This document shows, piece by piece, positions 58,001 through 64,000 of a stretch of DNA of 64,000 nucleotides. The stretch is from contig CBDCXR010000004.1 in NCBI GenBank assembly GCA_965223845.1, forward strand, positions 4,128,001-4,192,000, in the 5' to 3' direction. This stretch comes from Planctomycetota bacterium (lineage in GTDB: Bacteria; Planctomycetota; UBA8108; SXIK01). The notes beneath the pieces are model-generated. The model saw nothing but the letters and a program-made list of their open reading frames with translations. It had not been told where the DNA came from and searched no databases. Numbering within the stretch: position 1 is the first letter of the stretch; each line of letters opens with the position of its first letter. Both the position numbers and the translations under genes were made by a program.

Positions 58001-59162
58001 CGACCGCGATCGATCACTCGATTTCGTGGTGCGATCATTCTTGGATCTCGGATACGCGGCGGGTCGCGCCGCCGGAGATCGACGGGCCGCCAGAGCCCAG
58101 ATCTTCGCACCGGAGTTTCGGCCATCGGCCGCCGTGGTCGCGGATCTAACCGGTGATGAACGCGCCGAAATCGTCGCCGCATCCGAGCTGACGCGCGCAC
58201 TTCACACTTTCTTCGTGCGTCCGGACGGGGACGCGAACCTCGCGTTCGAGCCGGGTCCCACGATTCGGCTCGGAAACTTCGCGACCTTTCTCCGATCGGC
58301 GGATTTCAACGCGGACGGGTTCTCCGACATCGCCGTCATCGCGCGAGAGACTACCGATCCAGTGAGCGCCTCAGTGGGAATCCTCCTCGGACGTGGCGAC
58401 GGTTCGTTCGAAGGACCGCGACGGTACGCCGTACGGACCAATGCGCACGCCTTCGTCGTCGATGACTTCGACGGCGACGGGAACGCAGATGTCGCCGTGG
58501 GCGGTCCCGAACGCACGCTCGTCTTCGCGGGCGTCGGCGATGGACGACTCATCGAGTCCGTCGAATGTCGGGACGGACCGCAGACCGGACTCGCTGTCGC
58601 GGACTTTAGCGGTGACGGCCTCGCCGAGCTGGCCATCGGCTATCCGGGTCGCATCGACGTTTCGCGCGGTCTTGGCGCGATGACGTTCGGTCCACCGAGG
58701 CGCTACGCTGTGACCGATGAACTCCACGCGCTGGCTCCTATCGACATCGATGGAGACGGAGACCACGATCTCGCCGCGATGGATCTCGCCGCGAGGATGA
58801 TCAGCGTCTTCGAGACGACCGAATCGGTCACGAGTCTCGACACGGATCGAAATGGCGTCCCAGACGAATGCCAGGACGTCCCCCGCTTCATCCGCGGCGA
58901 GGTCAACGCGACGAGCGGTCGAGATATTTCGGACGCCATCGCGATCCTCAATCGCCTCTTCGGCGATGGCAGGCCGATCGCGTGCCTCGACGCCGCGGAC
59001 GTGAACGACGACGGAGGCGTCAACATCGCCGACCCGATCGCGCTTCTCAGCCACCTCTTCGGCACGGAGTGGCCGCAGCTCCCGGCGCCCGCGGCGACGT
59101 GCGGATTCGACGCGACGCAAGACGAACTCGATTGTTTGGAGTCTCCATCATGTCCCGAGTAG
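55032..59162 (+). CDS. Large secreted FG-GAP repeat protein with DCNxNGxPD repeats and C-terminal dockerin-like domain
   Basis: GGAG RBS and signal peptide; many DxDGDGxxD repeats; DCNGNGVPD cluster; FIRGEVN..CLDAADVNDDG..CGFD tail. Confidence 0.85.
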   Translation: MRDVLRYALLGLLLCLQSVPLPAQLEECDDRPVGRDELDRAGESDLNGNGIPDRCDLAGAFYTLRPGSRVELEHPSAPIVVDLDSDAYLDIVAARDAENSPGEIVIVAVFGDESATLERRTTTSIAGGWISAATLDLSAGDFDGDRVPDLAVAGRTLAGATVVLALGDRERFNVASRHVVAGSLIRDSGSFVDIDGDGDLDFAQFLARAAGSPFGGSTGVGFLLRNVEGVAREEAFLGATAEVMSPVWGDFDGDGLVDLVALNSRTNMIWTRDSRGGFRTPRVLPRIYFSTATAADLDGDGDLDLAYAVGSSRAYSVAWNDGDGFRDQPAFSRIALPEGVAPELAVSAIDVDGDGRVDVCGGVRRHCAATDGRAWFAKNHGEGDISAGARLVTAAGRAARSARHSAFGDVNGDGIVDVVQADEDGIGAYLGTLGPISRDCNGNGVPDESELDDCDGDTIPDDCEPDADGDGFPDGCGFDCNENGIRDEQDIAAGHAADCDENGVPDECELELGDRNRDGTLDACQIGEHGSPDCNSNGIPDPIDLHTRTRFGSPLAIELLGENLSRTEASVGAIAAGDVDGDEWTDVLVARTGNCCPPSSGTIEILSNLEGRLVARGVVVRREALMTSFAAGDLDADGDLDVVVGITPCLGTGSSRIESLVNTGNGETFVERDSHASLGTVTESVLEDFDGDGDADLVTTATMDSATIVQIWWNGGSGVFSPGIDHLLTEECSGIDTPDLDDDGIADIVVGTSGDRHAWILLSTQEFDSGRQTPSVSSMAQVGLAFADFNRDQKTDVLAIPVRDPDRGWIHERNDDGTWITTEIGVEGVEGIPLALPREEDRIPDVAFFSSQRSAVLLTVGSFSRAGHLEGGSIYGLRGPLVEDPIPVDLDRDGRDELLIATADSLSVVGRTSNGAWSAPRQHDVDWATTYPIVARDLDGDGDLDLASVRQGSPLNILRTGSQVIWNTPDGLVRANSAAAGSEILAIGAVDRDRSLDFVVRSFLDLGYAAGRAAGDRRAARAQIFAPEFRPSAAVVADLTGDERAEIVAASELTRALHTFFVRPDGDANLAFEPGPTIRLGNFATFLRSADFNADGFSDIAVIARETTDPVSASVGILLGRGDGSFEGPRRYAVRTNAHAFVVDDFDGDGNADVAVGGPERTLVFAGVGDGRLIESVECRDGPQTGLAVADFSGDGLAELAIGYPGRIDVSRGLGAMTFGPPRRYAVTDELHALAPIDIDGDGDHDLAAMDLAARMISVFETTESVTSLDTDRNGVPDECQDVPRFIRGEVNATSGRDISDAIAILNRLFGDGRPIACLDAADVNDDGGVNIADPIALLSHLFGTEWPQLPAPAATCGFDATQDELDCLESPSCPE

Positions 59163-62100
59163 TGGCGTCGATGGAACGGCGAGCTGGGCCGAAGTTCGGA
59201 GCTCGCTCTCGCGCGATCTTGGCCTTCGTCGCATCACTCGCTGGTTCTTCCTCGGTCGCGCAAGTCCCCGACTGCGCCGACCGCCCGCGGGTCCTTTCGG
59301 AGATCGAGAACGCCGGTGAGAGCGACTGCAACCGAAACGGGATTCCGGACCGTTGTGATCTGAGCGGCGAGCTCTACACGCTGAGTACCGCGTTCGTCGC
59401 CCCCCTCGATCGAACGTCACGCGCCCTTCTTCTCGACGCGAATGCCGACGAACATTTGGACATCGTCTACCTGCGAAATCTCGCGAGCGGGGCGCTCGCG
59501 CTGGTCACTCGCTTTGGCGACGGCGAGGGAGCGTTCGAAAGGTCGGCGGAGAAGTTGGTCACCGGGTCGTGGCTCGCGGCCGACGGTCTCGCTCTCTCTA
59601 CCGGCGATATCGACGACGACGGTGAGCCAGATCTCGCGATCTTCGGTCGGACTCTCAGCGGTTGGTCGATCGCGTTCGCGCTCGGGGATTCGGAGCGGGG
59701 CTTCGAGATCGCACACACCCACGACGGATCGCCGGCGACGTCGCTCTCTCACGGGAGCTTCGTCGACTTTGACGGCGACGGCGACCTCGACTTCGCTTGG
59801 TTCGTGCGCGACTTTAGCGGTGGACCGAGATCAAGAATCGAGTGGCTGCACTACGACGACGGTGTTCCCCGAGTCGAAGCAGTTTCTGATTTCTCCGCCG
59901 ACGTGCGGGGGGCGGCATGGATCGATGTCGACGGCGACCAACGATCTGATCTCGTGTGGACCGAAATCGGAGCGAGCTTCGTTTCCGTCCGCGAACCCGA
60001 CGGATCGTTTCGGACGGCGACGAGTCTGCCCTTCGCCTTCCAAAGTGCGACGGCGGCGGATGTGGACGCGGACGGGGCGACGGACCTCGTGTTCGCTCGT
60101 TCCGCCTTGCGCGTCGTCACCGTGGCGTGGAACGATGGCCAGGGCGGTTTCACCGAGCGCGAGCGGACGGACATTTCGATCCCGGTCGGCGACGTGTCCC
60201 AGTCACAACCGTTCGCGTTCGACGTCGATCGCGATGGAGATGTCGACATCGGCGCCGGGATTCGCCATTCGTGCGGACTGGGTTCCCGTCAGATGTGGCT
60301 CGCGACGAACCACTCGGACCGAGACTTCGCCGCGATCGCGCGGGCGATGGGGCCGCCGGATCCGCTCCGTCCGGCTCCACTCCACATCGCGGTCGGCGAC
60401 GTCAACCACGACGCGATTCCCGACGTCGTGGCAACGGGATCGCGGGAGCTCGGCGTCTATCTGGGACGGATCGGCCCCGTGAGTCTCGACTGCAACGGGG
60501 ACGGCGTTCCGGACGAGTGCGACGACCGCGACTGCGACGCGGACCTGATCCCCGATGAGTGCGAACTCGACTCGAATGGGGACGGTATTCCCGACGACTG
60601 CGGACACGACTGCGACGGGAACGGCGTCGTCGACGCGTTCGAGCTCGCGAACGGAGAGGCGGAGGATTGCAACGACAACGGCGTTCCCGATGCTTGCGAG
60701 CTCGACGCCGCGGATCGAGACCGAGACGGGCGCCTCGACGAATGCGAGATCGCGGACGGTGACGACCGCGACTGCAACGCGAACGGCGTTCCGGACTCGG
60801 CGGATCTGGCGCCCTCGGTACGGTTTCGACTCACGCCCACGATCGATCTCGAGACGTCGGCGAGGATCATGGCGTTCGCGTCGGCCGATATCGAGGAAGA
60901 CGGTTGGGCGGATGTCCTCGTCGCTCGCCGGGGTTCGTGCTGCCCGGAGAAGCCGGGACAGATCGAGCTACTCTCGAACGTAGAGGGCAGCTTCGTGAAC
61001 CAGGGCGTCGTCGCGCGGACACGCCCATCCATCAACAGCTTGAGTGCCGGCGATGTCGATGGCGACGGGCGGGTCGACGTTCTGGTGGGAAGCACCCCGT
61101 GCTCGACGAGCGCGTGGCGGCCGCTCGAGATTCTCCTCGGATCTGAGGGTGGAACCTTCTTCGGGGAACGCCGCGAAGTTCCCGCGCCGGCCGAAGTGAT
61201 CGGCACGGTTCTCGATGATCTCGACGGAGACGGCGACCTCGACATCGCGGCCGCGGTTCGACGGACGACCGACACTCGCATATCGTTCTGGTGGAACGAC
61301 GGTGGTGGTCGTTTCCAGTTCGGCCATGAACTCTCCACGCTAGGAGCGCCGCTGCTACGGGCCGCAGAGTTCGACGGGGATGGCATCCTCGACCTCGCCG
61401 TCACCGGCCGGGCGGAGCAACCGTTTTGGGTGTCTCTCAGCAGCGAAAAGTTTCGGTCACTGAACGCCGCCCCGGTCCTTCAGGCCTCGCGTTTCCCCGC
61501 GCACGCGTTCGGGGACGTCGACGGCGACGGTGATACCGATGCGATCGCGGTGTCCGCCACGACTCCGAACGAAGGCGGGCTCCTCCGCAACAACGGAGAC
61601 GGAACGTTCGATGCGTCTCCACTCGCGATCGCCTCCCCCGCCGGGATTCCGGTTCTCGGTCCGGTCAACGCCGACGGCGAGCACCAGCTTGCGATCTTCG
61701 TTTCGCGCTCCTCGTCGACACGTCTGACGCCGGCCGTTCTCTCCGGCCTGGACGTGCGCTCTACCGGACCTCTCTACGAAATTCCGGGCGGCCTGATCGG
61801 CCGCCCGATCGTCCTCGATGTCGATCGCGACGGTCAGACCGAATACGTCGTCGGGTCCAACGAAGGCTTAGCGATCGTCGACTCCCCGAGGTTCGGGGAT
61901 TGGGACGGCGGAAGGTGGCTCGCTTCTGTGCGGTCGGTTCAGCTCCAATTCGAGTCGATCGATCTCGATGCGGACGGCGATCTCGACCTCGCTGCCATCT
62001 ATCACGGCGAAAACGCCCGCGCTGCGTCGAGAGGTACGGACGTGCTGTTCAACGAGAACGGCACGTTTTCCCAAACCGACCCCTTCGATCGCGGTTTGTA

Positions 62101-63286
62101 CACGCTCGCGGCCGGAAACGTCGCCGGCGATGCGCGCCTCGACCTCGTCGCACGCGACCGCGAGAGGCTCGTACTCCGAGTCGGCGATGGGGCGGAACCG
62201 CTCCGTTTTCGCGAGCCGATCGTCGTGTCCGAGGACTTTTTGCCTTCGGCAGCGGCCGTCGTCGATTTCGACGGCGACGGGCAAACCGAAATCGTCGCAG
62301 CCTCCGATCGCACTCGCAGGATCCAAACGTATCTCGTGAGAGAAGGAAGGGACGAGATCCAATTCACCGCGGGGCCCAGCTTCGCGCTCGGAACGGTTGC
62401 GACCTACGTTCGAACGGCCGACTTTAACGCCGACAGCGTTCCCGACCTCGCGGTTTACTCGTTCACCCCCGGTCAGCTCATCGGCCAGACGGTCTCCATC
62501 GTCTCGGGTCGCAGCGACGGTTCGTTCGGAGAGTTTCGACAGTACGTGGTTCAGACGCCGGCTCACTCGCTGATCGCCGAGGACCTCGACGCGGACGGAA
62601 AAGTGGACGTCGTCGTCGGAGGTACCGATTTCACGACGATCTTTCCCGGACTCGGGAACGGACGACTCGCGGCTGCGCTGCGAATCCCCGGGGAGCGTTC
62701 CGCGGCCACCGTGGCCGCCGATTTCGATGGCGACGAACTCGTCGATCTCGGCGTGCTCCGTCGCGGTCGGTTGAGAATCCTTCGTCACGCGAGCGCGTGG
62801 AACTTCGAGCCGGCCGCGAGCTATCGAACCTCGACGGGTTTCGCATCCATGGTGGCGGCGGATGTAGATCGCGACGGCGACGCCGATCTCGTCGCGACGG
62901 ACAACTTCACCGCGTCGATCGTCCTTGTCGAGAACGCGACGCGAGGATCGAGCGTCGATACGAACGCAGACGGAGTACCCGATGAGTGCGACGACGGTCG
63001 CCCACGCTTCCTCCGCGGCGACACCAACCAGTCGAGCGGTCGCAACATCTCCGACGCGATCGCGCTACTCAATCGACTGTTCGGTGACGGAGGAACCAGC
63101 CCCTGCCTCGACGCGGCCGACGTCAACGACGATGGATCGGTCGATGTAGCCGACCCGATCGCTCTCTTGAGTCACCTCTTCGGCCACGACTGGCCGAGGT
63201 TGCCTCCGCCCTTCGACGCCTGCGGTGTAGACTCGACGGACGACGAACTCGATTGTCGAGCGTTTCCGGGGTGCGAGATCCAATAG
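59150..63286 (+). CDS. Tandem paralog of the preceding FG-GAP/dockerin-like protein
   Basis: Colinear motifs (AGESDxNxNGIPDRCDL, GxCCP, LSNxEG, CLDAADVNDDG, DPIALLSHLFG); start 59150 or 59171. Confidence 0.85.
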   Translation: MSRVVASMERRAGPKFGARSRAILAFVASLAGSSSVAQVPDCADRPRVLSEIENAGESDCNRNGIPDRCDLSGELYTLSTAFVAPLDRTSRALLLDANADEHLDIVYLRNLASGALALVTRFGDGEGAFERSAEKLVTGSWLAADGLALSTGDIDDDGEPDLAIFGRTLSGWSIAFALGDSERGFEIAHTHDGSPATSLSHGSFVDFDGDGDLDFAWFVRDFSGGPRSRIEWLHYDDGVPRVEAVSDFSADVRGAAWIDVDGDQRSDLVWTEIGASFVSVREPDGSFRTATSLPFAFQSATAADVDADGATDLVFARSALRVVTVAWNDGQGGFTERERTDISIPVGDVSQSQPFAFDVDRDGDVDIGAGIRHSCGLGSRQMWLATNHSDRDFAAIARAMGPPDPLRPAPLHIAVGDVNHDAIPDVVATGSRELGVYLGRIGPVSLDCNGDGVPDECDDRDCDADLIPDECELDSNGDGIPDDCGHDCDGNGVVDAFELANGEAEDCNDNGVPDACELDAADRDRDGRLDECEIADGDDRDCNANGVPDSADLAPSVRFRLTPTIDLETSARIMAFASADIEEDGWADVLVARRGSCCPEKPGQIELLSNVEGSFVNQGVVARTRPSINSLSAGDVDGDGRVDVLVGSTPCSTSAWRPLEILLGSEGGTFFGERREVPAPAEVIGTVLDDLDGDGDLDIAAAVRRTTDTRISFWWNDGGGRFQFGHELSTLGAPLLRAAEFDGDGILDLAVTGRAEQPFWVSLSSEKFRSLNAAPVLQASRFPAHAFGDVDGDGDTDAIAVSATTPNEGGLLRNNGDGTFDASPLAIASPAGIPVLGPVNADGEHQLAIFVSRSSSTRLTPAVLSGLDVRSTGPLYEIPGGLIGRPIVLDVDRDGQTEYVVGSNEGLAIVDSPRFGDWDGGRWLASVRSVQLQFESIDLDADGDLDLAAIYHGENARAASRGTDVLFNENGTFSQTDPFDRGLYTLAAGNVAGDARLDLVARDRERLVLRVGDGAEPLRFREPIVVSEDFLPSAAAVVDFDGDGQTEIVAASDRTRRIQTYLVREGRDEIQFTAGPSFALGTVATYVRTADFNADSVPDLAVYSFTPGQLIGQTVSIVSGRSDGSFGEFRQYVVQTPAHSLIAEDLDADGKVDVVVGGTDFTTIFPGLGNGRLAAALRIPGERSAATVAADFDGDELVDLGVLRRGRLRILRHASAWNFEPAASYRTSTGFASMVAADVDRDGDADLVATDNFTASIVLVENATRGSSVDTNADGVPDECDDGRPRFLRGDTNQSSGRNISDAIALLNRLFGDGGTSPCLDAADVNDDGSVDVADPIALLSHLFGHDWPRLPPPFDACGVDSTDDELDCRAFPGCEIQ

Positions 63287-63289
63287 TCG

Positions 63290-63652
63290 GGAGTCCTCGG
63301 CGGCGAGGGAACGCCCTGAGTCTCGTCGTCGACTCCGAGGTCGACGACCCGTTCGCACAGCGGCGGACTAACGAGTATCGCCGACGTGACCGCGCTCCTC
63401 AGCCATCTCCTCACAGGGGAGTGGCTGCGGCTTCCTCCGCCTTACGAGGAATGTGGCGTCGACTCCACTCACGACGATTTCGATCGTTCTGCGTTTTCGC
63501 AATGTCCTCGGAGCTGGCTAGACGAAATAAGCTCGAAGCTGCGGACAAACTCGACCTTAGCCGGAGTGCTCTACACGCTGCGCCCTGACGCGCGATTCCC
63601 AGATCCAGCATTCGTGGTTATCGCGTTGCTCGAGGCCGAACTGACTACTTGA
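63290..63652 (+). pseudogene. Decayed relic of further FG-GAP/dockerin-like paralog(s)
   Basis: SIADVTALLSHLLTGEWLRLPPPYEECGVDSTHDDFD matches the paralog C-termini; LAGVLYTLRP matches their N-terminal LAGAFYTLRP; in-frame TGA upstream. Confidence 0.65.
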
Positions 63653-63826
63653 CTCGACTTGACGCACGGCGTCCAATCTTTGCAATGGGAGCGGCGTACG
63701 TCTATGTCGCCCCGAGAGAGCAAGGTCCCGCGATAGGCGTCTCCGATTCGGAGCGTCTCGGTGTCGTCGATCATCCCGGAGCGCACTCGACGAGGGCCTC
63801 GCGGATCAGGCCGAAAGGAGACACTC

Positions 63827-64000
63827 ATGTCAGGTCGTCCGATCGCCATCGCACACGTTGTCTCGTTCCTCGCTCTGTCGCTGCCGATCTCCGAAAACCG
63901 CTTAGCCGCGCAAACGCTCTACGAGCGAACACACGGGTTTGCGGACGGGAGCGTGAGAGCGACAACTGCGCTTCAACTTTCAGATGGCAGCGCGGTCGTC
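63827..64000 (+). CDS. Partial CDS running off the window, probably secreted
   Basis: AAAGGAG RBS, ATG 63827, signal-like MSGRPIAIAHVVSFLALSLP, open to the window end. Confidence 0.65.
   Translation, partial: MSGRPIAIAHVVSFLALSLPISENRLAAQTLYERTHGFADGSVRATTALQLSDGSAVV

Overview
GC-rich bacterial chromosomal DNA whose gene content (DUF1501 plus DUF1549/DUF1553 pair, PVC-type CxxCH dehydrogenase, two sulfatases, many secreted proteins with dockerin-like C-termini) points to Planctomycetota. About 38 CDS are supported. I recognised no rRNA, tRNA, CRISPR array or mobile element. Main observations: (1) a four-gene operon (42763-47273) encoding a coiled-coil protein, a single-TM protein with a longin-like cytoplasmic segment and BON-like/OmpA-like outer part, a Rab-like small GTPase and a soluble HisKA_3 kinase, with a divergent NarL-type regulator; (2) an OsmC-family gene missed by the ORF track (35903-36382) with an in-frame TGA at the catalytic Cys position and a SECIS-like hairpin, i.e. 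a probable selenoprotein; (3) a PspA/IM30-like gene followed by an AAA+ ATPase; (4) unusual fusions (deacetylase-FG-GAP-heme dehydrogenase, sulfatase-SGNH, SMP-30-FGE); (5) a tandem array of large FG-GAP/dockerin-like proteins with a decayed relic copy. All family calls come from reading motifs by eye; no searches were run.
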